Shown: positions 32,857 through 44,941, counted from the stretch's first letter. The stretch is 64,000 nucleotides of DNA from Opitutales bacterium (GCA_965197745.1 CBDANS010000007.1:1312001-1376000), one strand, 5' to 3'. Numbers and translations are program-made. Notes: generated by a model not told the origin, from the sequence alone.

Positions 32857-33786
32857 TTAAAGTAATAATGCCTTGCGAGCTGAGCTCATCATCGTCTTGG
32901 CAGGGACGGTTGCCTCACTCCAGATTTGAAGCGAACGAACACCCTGCCAGACCAGCATGGTGAGACCATTAGCTGCTTTCATATTTCGGTCTGCCGCATG
33001 CCGCAAGAGGGCGGTTTCGGCTGATTTATATGTGAGGTCATAAACTTTCAGGGAGTGATCAAAATGATCCAATTCAATAGGGGGGGGATCATCAGCATGT
33101 AAACCTAGGGAAGTGGCATTTATCAGTATTCCGGTTTTTGGCAGGTCGAGGGGAGGGGATTCAAGATTGAACCCTTTTGTTTTATTAAAAAATCGGTGGG
33201 TGCGCAAAATATCAAGTAGTGATGTAAGGCGATCTTGACTGCGATTGCCGATCCACAATTCCTTGCATCCGCTTTCCAGACATTGAACCGCAGCTGATCG
33301 ACTCGCGCCACCAGCGCCCAGGAGGATAATGGTTGCGTCTTTAAATTCCGCATCCAGGTCTAGATTAATCGCTTTTTCGAGACCGTATCCATCTGTATTG
33401 TAACCGTGATAACCGCTGTCCTGCCAATGGAGATTATTGACGGCGCCAATACGTTGCGCGGCAGGATCAACTTTTGCAATAAGCGGTAAAGCATCGACTT
33501 TATGGGGAAGAGTAAGACTGAGCCCCATGAATTTATTCTTGTAGAATAACGACAGGGCCGTGGCCAGGTCTTCAGGTAGAATATCAAACTTGAAATAACG
33601 CCAATTTGAAAAACGTGCGTCATCATTACTCATTAACGAGAGGGCTGCATTATGCATCGAGGGACTGATCGAGTGAGCAATGGGATGACCGACAACGGCA
33701 AGAGAAACACCTTCGAATTTCCAGTTCTCGAGGTCAGTCAGGGTATCTACTCTGTCAGTATCAGAATCGTTCGCGAATGCCATCAA
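32857..33786 (-). CDS. aroE: Shikimate dehydrogenase
   Basis: GHPIAHSISP, TLPHK, GAVN, NTDG, GAGG, NATSLG. Confidence 0.95.
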   Translation of the reverse strand: MMAFANDSDTDRVDTLTDLENWKFEGVSLAVVGHPIAHSISPSMHNAALSLMSNDDARFSNWRYFKFDILPEDLATALSLFYKNKFMGLSLTLPHKVDALPLIAKVDPAAQRIGAVNNLHWQDSGYHGYNTDGYGLEKAINLDLDAEFKDATIILLGAGGASRSAAVQCLESGCKELWIGNRSQDRLTSLLDILRTHRFFNKTKGFNLESPPLDLPKTGILINATSLGLHADDPPPIELDHFDHSLKVYDLTYKSAETALLRHAADRNMKAANGLTMLVWQGVRSLQIWSEATVPAKTMMSSARKALLL

Positions 33787-34650
33787 TCAAGATTTAGCAT
33801 GCCGTTCATATATCAATTCAAACTCGCGAACGAAACTGGCAAATAACCTGACGCGCTCGGGGTTATTTTCCAAGGTATACTGACGCACCAGATTCATGCA
33901 GCTGCGACATAAAATTTGCCCGATGGGAATTGGGGCTAGATAGCTAGGCTTAGGATTTAATTTATTATTACGCAGAAATTCATACAAGTCCTCAGCCATG
34001 CGAAATCCTCCCCGTTCATAAGGATCAATATAAAATGGGGTATCCTCAAGAAAGCATCCCACTAAAAATCGAACGGGCATGCCTATCGGTTCAAGATTGA
34101 TGCCACATCGCTGTGCGACAAGAATGTAAAGGATAGAGAGGGTGATGGGTATTCCTTTGCGACGGGCCAGGACCTGGCTGATAAAACTGTTCATGGGATC
34201 GTCAAAATTTTCTTTATTACTGCGAAATTCAAATTCGTGAAAGATAACCCGATTTAATACTTTACATTTCTCCCAGGGAGAACTGGGCAGGATCATTAGC
34301 TCGCGGCAACGTGCGGCAATGGCATCTATTTGTATACAGCATTCCGCCACATCGATATTGGGAAACACGGTTCGATCAAGAAGAAGACTCCCGGTCTCCA
34401 GTTCATAATTTAATGATCTTATAAACCGATAATACTCGGTGATGGTATCGTAGCCGGAAATTTCATGAAGAATTTCACGAGCATGAGAGGCGAGTATTCT
34501 ATTGTTGTCCTGAGATAATTTTTGCAAAAGGGTGATGCCGTTTTCATCCATCCTTTTTAATTCTTTCAGCAAAGCTTCCTGCACCACGGGTGTTTCGTCA
34601 TCCATCAGGCGGATGAGGGCATTTTCATGTTTGCTATTAACTCTTTTCAC
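33787..34650 (-). CDS. SirB1/transglutaminase-like family protein
   Basis: NSFISQVLARRKGIPITLS, GMPVRF, IDPY. Confidence 0.85.
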   Translation of the reverse strand: MKRVNSKHENALIRLMDDETPVVQEALLKELKRMDENGITLLQKLSQDNNRILASHAREILHEISGYDTITEYYRFIRSLNYELETGSLLLDRTVFPNIDVAECCIQIDAIAARCRELMILPSSPWEKCKVLNRVIFHEFEFRSNKENFDDPMNSFISQVLARRKGIPITLSILYILVAQRCGINLEPIGMPVRFLVGCFLEDTPFYIDPYERGGFRMAEDLYEFLRNNKLNPKPSYLAPIPIGQILCRSCMNLVRQYTLENNPERVRLFASFVREFELIYERHAKS

Positions 34651-34789
34651 AGCCTTGTCTTCATTAAAACATAATTCATCTTTCCGGCAATCATGAAATC
34701 AATGTTTTCTCTAGCTTGAAAATAATTAAAAGTAAAAGATGATCTAATATTACGACGTCAAAAAAAAATTTATTTTCAAACTTTCAATG

Positions 34790-35482
34790 TCATTTCCGTT
34801 CACCAAAAAGTGCGGTACCTATTCGCAGTAAAGTACTACCTGCTTTAATGGCTTGAATCATGTCACCGGTCATGCCCATGGAAAGTTCAGAAAGTTTGAT
34901 CTTGAATTGTGAAGAAAGCGAATCACGTAAAATATGGAGACGTTCAAAACAGGCGGTGGCGACATCGGTATTTTTATCGAGGGGCGCTATCGTCATGAGT
35001 CCTTCAACTTTGATATTTTTACATTGAAGAGCTGACTCAAGGAGCGCGGGCGCCTCATCTGGATTGGCCCCGTGTTTTGCTGGATCTTCTCCCGCATTTA
35101 TCTGTAAGAGGACAGGGAGTGTTTTATTCAACTCAGCACTATATTTATCCAACGCGGTCAGGACCTTCATACGGTCAATCGATTGAATACGGTCAAAATG
35201 AGCAGCGGCTACTTTTGCTTTATTGGATTGCAGGTGACCTATTAATTCCCAGTGGATATCCGGTTTTTTTATTTCCATTTTTTCAATCGCTTCCTGGACC
35301 CGATTTTCGCCGATCACCTGTAAACCATAACGTTTGGCATATTCTACCGCGGAATAAGGGTGTGACTTTGTCACCGCCATCAGTTTTATCTCTGAAGGAT
35401 CGCGCCCGCATTGAGCGCAAACTTCAGCGATTCTCACTTCTATTTCCCGGGTGTTATTCTCGAATTCAGCGTAAGTTATCAT
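34790..35482 (-). CDS. yggS: PLP homeostasis protein
   Basis: AVTK, GENRVQE, IGHLQSNK, GLMTI, LSMGMT.D, RIGTALFG. Confidence 0.96.
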   Translation of the reverse strand: MITYAEFENNTREIEVRIAEVCAQCGRDPSEIKLMAVTKSHPYSAVEYAKRYGLQVIGENRVQEAIEKMEIKKPDIHWELIGHLQSNKAKVAAAHFDRIQSIDRMKVLTALDKYSAELNKTLPVLLQINAGEDPAKHGANPDEAPALLESALQCKNIKVEGLMTIAPLDKNTDVATACFERLHILRDSLSSQFKIKLSELSMGMTGDMIQAIKAGSTLLRIGTALFGERK

Positions 35483-35564
35483 TGATTCTCACGACCGCTA
35501 TCTTAATAAGAAATGCTGTATTGATGTTTGCAAATTGATTAGATTTATTTATATAAGATTAACC

Positions 35565-36449
35565 ATGCACATTGAAAATTTCAAAATATTTTCAGATTTA
35601 GTTGAAAGCCAGAGCTTTTCGCGTGCAGCGAAGTTGAATGGGATTACCCAATCGGCGGTGAGCCAGCAACTGCGGGCTATGGAAAAACATTTTAAGGTAA
35701 TTATCGTGGATCGCAGCCAGAAACAATTCCGCCTGACGCTGGAGGGGCAAAAGCTGTATGAAAGCGCGAAAGACATACTCCACCGCTATGAGAAGCTGGA
35801 TAGTGAGCTAATGGAGATGAAAAAGGTGATCAGTGGAACCATACACATCTCAACCATATACAGTATCGGGTTGCATGAACTGCCCCCCTATATCACAAGT
35901 TTTCTGCAAAAATTTCCCTCCGTAAATGTACGGGTTGAATATCGGCGGTCGAATATGGTTTACGAAGACATCGTGCATAATTCTGTTGATTTCGGCCTCG
36001 TTGCCTATCCCACAAAGATGCGGCAGTTGGAAATAATACCTTTTATGGAGGACCGGTTGGCAGTGATTTGCAGTCCTGCTCACGCGATCGGAAAAAAGCA
36101 GGGCGTTGAAATCAAGGAGCTCAAGGGCCACAGACTTGTTAGTTTTGAAAAGGACATCCCGACCCGAAAAGCTATCGACCAGTTATTTAAAGAAAACAAA
36201 ATAGAGATCGATTCCATAATGGAATTCGACAATATTGAAACCTTAAAACGCGCTGTGGAAATCAATGCGGGTATCGCGATTCTGCCGCAAACTACCGTTC
36301 AGCAGGAAGTAAAACAGGGTCAGTTGAAAATTGTCCCGATTAAAGGTAAAAAGATAGTCCGGCCACTTGCCATTCTTCATCGCAAAGGCAGGGTACTGAC
36401 ACCGGCAATGAAGAAATTTATCATTAACCTTACGGGTAAAGCCAACTGA
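35565..36449 (+). CDS. LysR family transcriptional regulator
   Basis: HTH SFSRAAKLNGITQSAVSQQL followed by a substrate-binding domain. Confidence 0.95.
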   Translation: MHIENFKIFSDLVESQSFSRAAKLNGITQSAVSQQLRAMEKHFKVIIVDRSQKQFRLTLEGQKLYESAKDILHRYEKLDSELMEMKKVISGTIHISTIYSIGLHELPPYITSFLQKFPSVNVRVEYRRSNMVYEDIVHNSVDFGLVAYPTKMRQLEIIPFMEDRLAVICSPAHAIGKKQGVEIKELKGHRLVSFEKDIPTRKAIDQLFKENKIEIDSIMEFDNIETLKRAVEINAGIAILPQTTVQQEVKQGQLKIVPIKGKKIVRPLAILHRKGRVLTPAMKKFIINLTGKAN

Positions 36450-36666
36450 GATCCAGTAAAAGTGAATAGCCTATAGTATCCTGTTAATATCTTCGTCTGC
36501 CTCCCGGATTAATTTTCGACAATATTACGTCAGGAATTTTTCAACCTAAGATGGAGCCGGCTGACTCTGGCGCGCTTCTAAGATCCCAACTGGGACAAGC
36601 GTACTGAAGTTCATTATAATTTTATATCAGTATGGTAACTGAAATTAATTCTAACTCGATCCATAG

Positions 36667-38724
36667 GTGGAAAAAGAAGATTTATCAGTAGATGCTTCAT
36701 GTGGAGTGGAGTCCGGGCACGGATCATCTGATTCTATTAATCTAAAATTCAGATTTTGGATCGCGATTGTTTTTTCCCTGCCGGTTCTTCTCCTAGCCAT
36801 GGCAGAAATGGTCCCGTATCTTAATATTAATGAGATCCTCTCTTATAATCTAAATTTATGGCTGCAATTTCTTTTCGCAACCCCCGTGATATGCTGGGCG
36901 GGTTTTCCATTTTTCAAATGGGGATGGCAATCTATAATCAAGAGGGACTTAAATATGTGGACTTTAATCTCTCTCGGTACCGGAACCGCATATAGCTTTA
37001 GCCTATTAGCACTTGTCGCACCTGATATTTTTCCCGCCTCACTTATCGGTGATGGTATGGCACCTGTTTATTTTGAGTCTGCCGTGGTTATTATCACCCT
37101 CGTCCTTTTTGGGCAGATGCTCGAAGCCCGGGCCAGTGAGCGGACGGGAGATGCCATTCGCGGTTTGCTTGACCGAGCGCCCAAAATGGCCTGCCGCATT
37201 GAAGATCAGGGAGATAATAATGTCCCCCTCGAAGCTGTTGAAATAAATGATCGATTAAGGGTGCTCCCCGGCGAAAAAGTGCCGGTAGATGGAATTATTA
37301 TTGAAGGGACGAGTTCATTAGACGAATCCATGATAAGCGGTGAATCGATACCGGTCGATAAATCTGTAGGGGATGGAGTAATTGGGGGAACCCTGAACAA
37401 TGAAGGTGCATTTATTATGCGAGCCGAAAAGATTGGATCGGAAACAGTTTTAGCGAGGATTATAGAGTTAGTCTCCAATGCCCAGAAGAGTCGGGCGCCT
37501 ATCCAGCGGGTGGCCGACCGGGTGTCTGCATACTTTGTTCCAGCAGTTATAGCGATGGCTTTACTTACTTTTCTTGTCTGGGCACTATGGGGCCCGGAAC
37601 CGAGACTTAGCTTCGCGCTTATCAATATGGTATCGGTTCTTATCATCGCATGTCCTTGCGCCCTTGGTTTGGCCACTCCCATGTCGATCATCGTTGGTGT
37701 AGGACGCGGCGCACAAGCCGGTGTCTTTATCAGGGATGCCATAGCACTTGAAACATTGAATGGTATAGAAGCACTAGTCCTCGATAAAACCGGAACCTTG
37801 ACTGCGGGGCGGCCCCGCGTGATGGATATTCAGGTCTTTAATCAGTGGCAGGAAAGGGACTTGCTTCAATATGCGGCCACTCTGGAAAAAAACAGCACCC
37901 ATCCCCTGGCAAGAGCGATCGTCAAAGCAGCGGAAGAAGAAAATGTCTCATTACTGAAATCAGAAGCTATAAGATCCGTCCCCGGAGGTGGTATCGAAGG
38001 TGTTATAAATGGTCGAAAAATAAATATCGGAAAGTCCCCATGGCTAAAGAGTGTGGGCGTTGAAATTCCGGATAAGATTTTGCAAAAGGTGACTGACTTC
38101 AGTGGTGGGGGCCGCACCCCGGTATTTGTCGCGGTGAATAATACCCTATCCGGTTATCTGGCATTATCAGATTCGGTTAAAAGGAACACAAAGGAAGTCG
38201 TTGAAAATCTTCAATCAATGGGGATGCGACTCATAATGTTAACGGGTGATAGTGCCGGCGCGGCGAAGGCCGTTGCCGATGAATTAAAAATTAATGAATA
38301 TTACGCTGAAGTATCTCCCGCGGATAAAAACGCACTGGTGATGGAATTAAAAGCTAATCGTTTAAAAGTTGCGATGGCAGGTGATGGCGTTAACGATGCA
38401 CCGGCTCTCACTGCAGCTGATGTAGGAATAGCTATGGGTAAAGGTTCTGATGTTGCCATCGAAAGCGCGGACATCACTTTGGTAAAAGGAGATTTACGCG
38501 GAATTGAAAAAGCGCTTCACCTCAGCCGGTATACTTTGCGCAATATAAAGCAAAATCTGTTTTTTGCTTTTGTTTATAATGCATTAAGCATTCCCATTGC
38601 CGGCGGTATTCTTTACCCCTTTTTTGGCATACTCTTAAATCCAATGATTGCCGGGGCCGCGATGAGCCTGAGCTCACTCTCTGTTGTCGGTAACGCCTTA
38701 AGGTTAAGAAAAATTACTTTGTAA
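36667..38724 (+). CDS. copA: Cu(I)-translocating P1B-type ATPase
   Basis: [23 protein letters not shown] and MSLSS. Confidence 0.93.
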   Translation: MEKEDLSVDASCGVESGHGSSDSINLKFRFWIAIVFSLPVLLLAMAEMVPYLNINEILSYNLNLWLQFLFATPVICWAGFPFFKWGWQSIIKRDLNMWTLISLGTGTAYSFSLLALVAPDIFPASLIGDGMAPVYFESAVVIITLVLFGQMLEARASERTGDAIRGLLDRAPKMACRIEDQGDNNVPLEAVEINDRLRVLPGEKVPVDGIIIEGTSSLDESMISGESIPVDKSVGDGVIGGTLNNEGAFIMRAEKIGSETVLARIIELVSNAQKSRAPIQRVADRVSAYFVPAVIAMALLTFLVWALWGPEPRLSFALINMVSVLIIACPCALGLATPMSIIVGVGRGAQAGVFIRDAIALETLNGIEALVLDKTGTLTAGRPRVMDIQVFNQWQERDLLQYAATLEKNSTHPLARAIVKAAEEENVSLLKSEAIRSVPGGGIEGVINGRKINIGKSPWLKSVGVEIPDKILQKVTDFSGGGRTPVFVAVNNTLSGYLALSDSVKRNTKEVVENLQSMGMRLIMLTGDSAGAAKAVADELKINEYYAEVSPADKNALVMELKANRLKVAMAGDGVNDAPALTAADVGIAMGKGSDVAIESADITLVKGDLRGIEKALHLSRYTLRNIKQNLFFAFVYNALSIPIAGGILYPFFGILLNPMIAGAAMSLSSLSVVGNALRLRKITL

Positions 38725-38804
38725 TACAGGATGCAGGTATGTCTATCGGTTCTTATTAAAGAAAATAAACTGCGGATAGCGCGAATGGATACGGATGTTG
38801 AGGT

Positions 38805-38998
38805 ATGGAGGCACGCGCGGGGCTTGTCGGACAAGCCCACCGGGTGACGGCTGATCGCGTCCGAGATGCATCATAAAATTCTTTTTAATCCGCTTTCTAT
38901 TTAATTAATACCCGTATTGCTCAGGAAACAGGATCGGAGTCTATGCAATAACAAATCAAGTTTTTCATTTAGTGGACGCACCAAAGCGCGTCCCTCCA
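38805..38998. repeat. Pair of REP-like hairpins (TGGAGG...GCGTCC and GGACGC...GCGTCCCTCCA); the left one contains an internal GGGCTTGTCGGACAAGCCC hairpin
   Basis: Inverted arrangement seen directly; a similar hairpin lies at about 60162-60190. Confidence 0.5.
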
Positions 38999-39065
38999 GA
39001 CTTGTTATATTCTCCAGCTCTTCACCCGGGAAGATAAAAGGAGACCCTGAATTATTTTCTTAAAG

Positions 39066-39142
39066 TGGTAGGCCGGCCGGGACTCGAACCCGGAACCAAT
39101 GGCTTAAAAGGCCACTGCTCTACCAAATTGAGCTACCGACCC
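39066..39142 (-). tRNA. tRNA-Lys(TTT)
   Basis: GGGTCGG...CCGGCCT-ACCA; anticodon loop CT TTT AA; TTCGAGT T-loop. Confidence 0.97.
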
Positions 39143-39357
39143 GAAACCGAATAAGTAAGCGGTAAATTGCTATTGTCAAGTTATATACGGTGTTTTTCAC
39201 CTGAATTTTGTCGTCAAAAACTATAGTCAGTGATATCATATTGTAACAAAAAAAGTGGGATAAATAGTGGGAATAATTTTGGGATAAAAACCTTTTTCCA
39301 TTGAAAGATAGGGTTTTTTATCCCACTGTAGACAAAGGTATAAGAGCTGGTAAGACG

Positions 39358-40536
39358 ATGATCCATTCCAAGAATGATATTAACCTGTATAAAATGGGAA
39401 AGCAACCTGTATGGTATTACAGGTTCCGAGTCAAGGTCGACAGGGGGGGCTATTGGGGAAGTAAAGAGGTGCGCCGCAGCACGGGTTTAACCGATAAAAA
39501 GGCAGCAAAAGACTTCGCCTGGGTCGATTATTTAAGAGAGAGCGGTTCTGCTGTTCAATCGGTAAGAATGCCACGCAGAAACGATTTTCCGACGATCTGG
39601 GAAATCTGTGACCTTTACGAATCAAAGATAGGGGCTCGTGCCCGGATTAAAAGGGAAACAGCACACGAGAATGTCATGGCACTAAAGAGAATTATCTCGA
39701 CTGGCTCAGGTAGCAATGATCCGGCAGCCGAGAGAGTTACTATTTTAAATGAACCTTTAGTAATCTCATACCGCTCTAAGCGCTATGAAGGTGTTAATCG
39801 CGAATACGAGCGGGAAGACGATCTCAAGCTGAACTACTCCCTTAACAGTTACTTAAGAAAAGCGCAGAATGTATTCAGTAAAAAAGCAATGAAGCTCTAC
39901 AAAGAGGAGGGCTACAAGTTTCCAGATATTACAGGATTTATGGAGATAGGAAAGCTGGCTCAGGATGATACTAAATTTATTCCCATTGATGAGGATATAG
40001 ATCGCCGAATGATTGAGGATGCAAACACAGTCCTCACAAAAGAGAAACCGGAGTTATTTGTTATCTTCGAGCTTGCACGGTTCTGCGGGCTAAGATCAGG
40101 TGAAATATTAAGCTTACGCTGGCATTGGATCCAGAAGAGTAAGAATGGCTATGATATCGCAATTATCTATCGTACTCCCAGAACAGACCCATCTAAAGAG
40201 GAGTTTAAGCCCAAGTCGCGCAATCGCTGGGTGCCGGTATCAACGAAGAGGGTAAACAAGTGGAAACGTCTTTTACCAGCTGAGAATGGTACGGACTTTG
40301 TAATCCCTGGAAAGAATAAGACCTGGCGTTCAGGTTTGATCGAGCGCGATGCCTGCAATTGGGTAAGACCATATATACCGGGACGCACCAAGCGCGTGCA
40401 TGAACTGCGTAAACAGGCTGGCAGTGATATTGCCACACGCTACGGCCTTATGGCTGCCGCACAATTCCTGGGTGATTCGATAGCAGTCACCGAAAAGCAT
40501 TATGCGTCGCTGCTTAAACCAGTGCCGCCACTATAA
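39358..40536 (+). CDS. Tyrosine recombinase/integrase
   Basis: GLRSGEI (Arg), PKS (Lys), HELRK (HxxR), LGD...TEKHY (Tyr); arm-binding-like N-terminus WYYRF...RRSTG; start codon uncertain. Confidence 0.9.
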   Translation: MIHSKNDINLYKMGKQPVWYYRFRVKVDRGGYWGSKEVRRSTGLTDKKAAKDFAWVDYLRESGSAVQSVRMPRRNDFPTIWEICDLYESKIGARARIKRETAHENVMALKRIISTGSGSNDPAAERVTILNEPLVISYRSKRYEGVNREYEREDDLKLNYSLNSYLRKAQNVFSKKAMKLYKEEGYKFPDITGFMEIGKLAQDDTKFIPIDEDIDRRMIEDANTVLTKEKPELFVIFELARFCGLRSGEILSLRWHWIQKSKNGYDIAIIYRTPRTDPSKEEFKPKSRNRWVPVSTKRVNKWKRLLPAENGTDFVIPGKNKTWRSGLIERDACNWVRPYIPGRTKRVHELRKQAGSDIATRYGLMAAAQFLGDSIAVTEKHYASLLKPVPPL

Positions 40537-40653
40537 CTACATTATAAATAATAAAATAAATCAGATTTTAAAATATAATTGCATATAATGATTTCAATAC
40601 ACTCATTCAAGTAACTGAATATCACTTATAGCACCATTTTTATTAGAAAGAGG

Positions 40654-41939
40654 TGGTCGTGACCACGAAAACTGGTCCACTTGAAAAGTTAGTCTGGTCC
40701 AACTAGAAAGGACACAGACAATGAAAGGCAAAAGATACACGACCGAAGAGAAAATACGGATGCTGCGCCAGGCGGACAAAGGGAAAACGATCCTGGAAGC
40801 ATGCCGCGAGAACAACATAAGCGAACAGACCTTCCACCGCTGGAAACGTGAGTTTGGGATGATTGATGTCAACCAGGCCAAGCGGATGAAGGAGCTCGAG
40901 AAGGAGAACGCGCGGTTAAAACGGATGCTGGCGGACAAGATGCTGGGGATAGAGATCCTGCAGGAGACCCTCGAAAAAAAACTGTAAGCCCTGGGCACAA
41001 GCGGCAAGTGGCAGAGAGACTTGTGACTCGGGGCCAGTGTTCGATGCGAGCGGGGTGCCGGTACTTTCGGCTGCACCGTTCCACCTATGCGTATAGGGCC
41101 AAGCATCCGGATGCCTGGCTAACGAAACTAAAAGCGGCAGTAAGGCGGTTATCACGGCAATACGCGAGGTGGGGCTATCCCAAGATCACGAAGCTGTTGA
41201 AGGACGAAGGCTGGCAGGTGGGTAAACGTCTCGTGCAAGGTCTGCGACGTGAACTGGGTCTGGCGATCCCCCCACGCAAGCCAAGACGCCGGCGCAGGGG
41301 TGTCTGCACCGGGCTACCGACAAAGGCCGAACATCCCGACCATGTTTGGACCTGGGATTTTATCCACGATAAGACGGTTCGCGGCGGCAGTCTAAAAATG
41401 CTGACCGTGCTCGATGAGTACACCCGCGAGTGCCGGGTGATCCATGTTGATCGCCATATCAATGCGGAAACGGTGCGCGGTATCATGCAAAAACTGCTCG
41501 ACCGGCATGGGCCGCCAAAATATATTCGTAGCGACAACGGTTCCGAGTTTATTGAAAGCCAATTGAGAGCCTGGCTAACTGCGATGAAAATCAAAACCCT
41601 CTATATCGAACCAGCAAGCCCTTGGCAGAACGGATACATTGAATCGTTCCATGCCCGTTTTCGCGAGGAGTGTTTAAACCGTGAACAGTTATGGACTTTG
41701 ACCGAAGCCCGCGTGGTCATCGAAGATTGGCGCTGGCTTTACAATCATGTCCGACCCCACCGCAGCCTCGGCAACATCACTCCACGGCACTTCACTGAAA
41801 ACCTCAATACCGAAGGCTCGGGCTCCATTCGGGCTACGCCCTCATTGCGCCCAAGCCTTGACTTCCTCTACCAACTTAACTTCAACATTAACCTCTCCAG
41901 ACTAACTCTCCCGGTGGACCAGTTTGTGTAACCCGACCA
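40654..41939 (+). mobile_element. IS3-family element, type 1, copy B (apparently intact)
   Basis: 1286 bp; orfA 40721-40987; A8 -1 frameshift site; uninterrupted orfB to 41931 with WTWDF, DEYTRE, SDNGSEF and QNGYIESF. Confidence 0.97.
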
Positions 41940-44552
41940 CATATTCAGAAAAATATCGAGGATGGAATGCATCCTCATGAGGCTCGCACGGAAGCTTTGA
42001 AAAGATTTGGAGGTATAGAGCAGATTAAAGAAGAGTGTCGCGATGCTTGGGGGATACGAATGATGAACGATTTTATCCGAGACTTGCGACTGGGATTTCG
42101 CCAGGTAAATAGCCATAAACGTTATGCACTGGTTGTTGTACTCACGCTCAGCCTCTGCATCGGCGCGAATACGGCTATCTTCAGCATGTTAAACACTGCT
42201 TTGCTCAAGTCATATCCCTACCCTGAAGCTGGCAAGCTAGTCCGTGTCGTAACTGACCTCAACGATCAAGGACATCACAGAACTATAGAAGCCAACTCGC
42301 TACCTTCTTATTTTCGCTACCAGGAAGTCGAGTCCATCGCGGAATTGGGATTCTACCAAGGCAGCAGCAATATTATCACGCTCAAAGAAACAGCGGAATA
42401 CGTTAACGGAGTGCAGGTATCACCATCTTTTTTTCGCGTTCTTAATATACAACCGCTGCACGGTCGATGGTTTTACGATGAGGAAGGGGTAGACGGCCAA
42501 CATCTGGTGATCATTCTCAGCTATGCAATCTGGCAGTCGGTTTACAACGGCGATACTAATATCATAGGAAAGAACATCCAATTAGATGACGAGAATTTCA
42601 AAATCGTTGGTATCATGCCGGAAGGGTTTTATTTTATTTCCAAGGATGTTCGGTTTTGGCGCCCCTACCCGATTACTACTAACGTAAAGTCAGCGTCCCC
42701 ATGGGATTGGGAACATCTCAACTTTTTCGCTCGTCTCAAGCCGGAGGTTACCATTGAGCAAGCTCAATCCGAGTTAGATACGGTGGCAACCCGTATGGTT
42801 GAAGACTACCCGGAACACAGATCCTATGTTGAAGCCACCGGCTGGAGGCCACACCTGGTTAATTACCATGAACATCGCGTTGGGAATGCAAAGACCGTGC
42901 TCTACATGCTTCAGGGAAGCGCCTGGATAGTGCTCCTCATAGGATGCGTAAACGTCGCTAACCTGTCACTCACACGTGCCATCACCCGTACACGAGAACT
43001 TGCACTTCGCATCATGCTGGGAGCACGTATAGGCCGCATCGTCCGCATGCTTCTAACAGAAAGCTTTTTATACGGCTTGATGGGATGTGTGTTAGGACTG
43101 ATCCTAGCCTTTCTTGGCATAGAGCTTATCAGTACGTTCGGTCTTTACAGTTATCCACGCGATGAGTCGCTGAGTCTCGATACCACCGTACTTCTGTATA
43201 CTGTAACGATCTCTTTCTTATGCAGTTTTATTGTTGGTCTGCTGCCGCTTCTCTCGATCATGAAGGCAGACCTGGTTTCTGGCTCCCAAAGCGGTGATCG
43301 CACGACAACAGTTGGGTTAGGTGCTCAACGCATTCGCAGTTTTCTCATCATTGCCCAGATATCCTTGACCTTTATTCTACTCATTTGCTCTGCCCTCTTG
43401 ATTAAAAGTCTTACTGAACTACTCAAAGTTGACCCGGGCTTTAATCCGAAACGCGTTTTAACCGCCCGTATAAAGGCTTCCGATCGTTTCGAAACAAAGC
43501 AAATCAAGCAATATTTTTCTGGGCTTTTGGAGCGTATAAACCAGGTGCCGGGAGTCATCGCAGCTGGCACGAACGTTACATCGCCCTTTTTGAAAGCAGG
43601 TTGGTATAATTCATACCATATCGAAACCTATGACTATCAACCGGGAGAAGTTAACCAGAATTTCGCGACCAGCGTTGTAGATGGGCGCTATTTTGATGCC
43701 CTCGGATTGAATATCGTTATGGGCCGATCATTCGAGTTAACTGATCTGTCAGCGAATGCACATCCGGTTGTTGTCGTAGACAAGAACTTTGCCGATCTTT
43801 ATTTCCCTCATGGTGATGTAATCGGGAAACGGTTGACACGCGATGTCGGACCCGGATCAACCACCAGTGATAACCCAACCTGGTTTTCAATCGTCGGTGT
43901 GGTTGGCAACGTAAAGCAAAATAATTTATCGGAATCCGAAGAAAACCCGAAGCCACGCATCTACAATCTAGCCAGGGAAGGATACCCTCGTTACCAGCAA
44001 TTGATCATCCGTTTCGCGGATACTGACGATGTGGGAAATCCTCAATCTGAGGAAGCGATGATTGAGAGTGTAAAAGTTGCGATACGTGAATTTAATCCAA
44101 ATATCCCGCCTTACGACTTTCAAATGCTTGAATCACGCATCGACAGTACTTTAAATCAGAGAAGAGCGAGTATTCGCATCCTTCTTGCTTTTGCAGGTCT
44201 TGCTATCATTCTTTCGGCTGTCGGACTGTATGGTGTGATTTCTTATATCGTTGAGCAGCGCCGTAAAGAAATCGGTATTCGCTTGGCAATGGGTGCCCAA
44301 AGAAAAACCGTTATGCAGATGATCTTTAACCAAGGTATTAGACTAACTATTCTGGGATTGCTTATAGGCATATTCGGTGTCGCCGCTGCCAGCCAATTAA
44401 TCAGAAATCAGCTCTTTGAGGTAGAATCCGTAGATCCTCTGATCTACGCGTTGGTTGCTGTTCAACTTGCAATCGTTTCTTTTTTCGCTTGCTATCTTCC
44501 CTCACGCAAGGTGCTACGAGTAGATCCAATGACTGTCTTACGTTACGAATGA
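41940..44552 (+). CDS. ADOP-type duplicated MacB/FtsX ABC permease; extreme 5' end clipped by IS3
   Basis: EARTEALKRFGGIEQIKEECRD prefix domain, IGANTAIFS, LLIGCVNVANL, EIGIRLAMGA, VDPMTVLRYE; the frame is open to the IS end. Confidence 0.9.
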   Translation, partial: HIQKNIEDGMHPHEARTEALKRFGGIEQIKEECRDAWGIRMMNDFIRDLRLGFRQVNSHKRYALVVVLTLSLCIGANTAIFSMLNTALLKSYPYPEAGKLVRVVTDLNDQGHHRTIEANSLPSYFRYQEVESIAELGFYQGSSNIITLKETAEYVNGVQVSPSFFRVLNIQPLHGRWFYDEEGVDGQHLVIILSYAIWQSVYNGDTNIIGKNIQLDDENFKIVGIMPEGFYFISKDVRFWRPYPITTNVKSASPWDWEHLNFFARLKPEVTIEQAQSELDTVATRMVEDYPEHRSYVEATGWRPHLVNYHEHRVGNAKTVLYMLQGSAWIVLLIGCVNVANLSLTRAITRTRELALRIMLGARIGRIVRMLLTESFLYGLMGCVLGLILAFLGIELISTFGLYSYPRDESLSLDTTVLLYTVTISFLCSFIVGLLPLLSIMKADLVSGSQSGDRTTTVGLGAQRIRSFLIIAQISLTFILLICSALLIKSLTELLKVDPGFNPKRVLTARIKASDRFETKQIKQYFSGLLERINQVPGVIAAGTNVTSPFLKAGWYNSYHIETYDYQPGEVNQNFATSVVDGRYFDALGLNIVMGRSFELTDLSANAHPVVVVDKNFADLYFPHGDVIGKRLTRDVGPGSTTSDNPTWFSIVGVVGNVKQNNLSESEENPKPRIYNLAREGYPRYQQLIIRFADTDDVGNPQSEEAMIESVKVAIREFNPNIPPYDFQMLESRIDSTLNQRRASIRILLAFAGLAIILSAVGLYGVISYIVEQRRKEIGIRLAMGAQRKTVMQMIFNQGIRLTILGLLIGIFGVAAASQLIRNQLFEVESVDPLIYALVAVQLAIVSFFACYLPSRKVLRVDPMTVLRYE

Positions 44553-44719
44553 AGCTGCATGCATTTTTTCAACTACATTTGCTTTTTCATACGTTTAACT
44601 TTTACTACCAAAATAACTAAGAGGTCTAAAGGATCAATTTATCGACGGTAATAATTGATGTATAATTAGATAGTTAGTATTTGTGGGTAGCTAGTAATAT
44701 TCTCATCAATGTGAGTCCA

Positions 44720-44941
44720 CGGAACTGCTTCTTCACCTATATCGGCCTAATTATCGGGCTGATCGGAGCTATATTTCTTTCCCGTGTCATAGAGAGCTTA
44801 CTCTTTGAAGTCTCGCCAACCGACTCCTGGGGCTAAACAATTGTTATTATAACAATTGTAAGTACTGCGATTGTGGTCAGTATATTACCTTCGCTTAAAG
44901 CTTCAAAAATAGATCCAATAGTAGCGTTACGCTACGCATAA
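44720..44941 (+). pseudogene. C-terminal remnant of a second ADOP permease
   Basis: Reads LLFTYIGLIIGLIGAIFLSRVIESLLFEVSPTDSWG*TIV...LPSLKASKIDPIVALRYA*. Confidence 0.85.
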
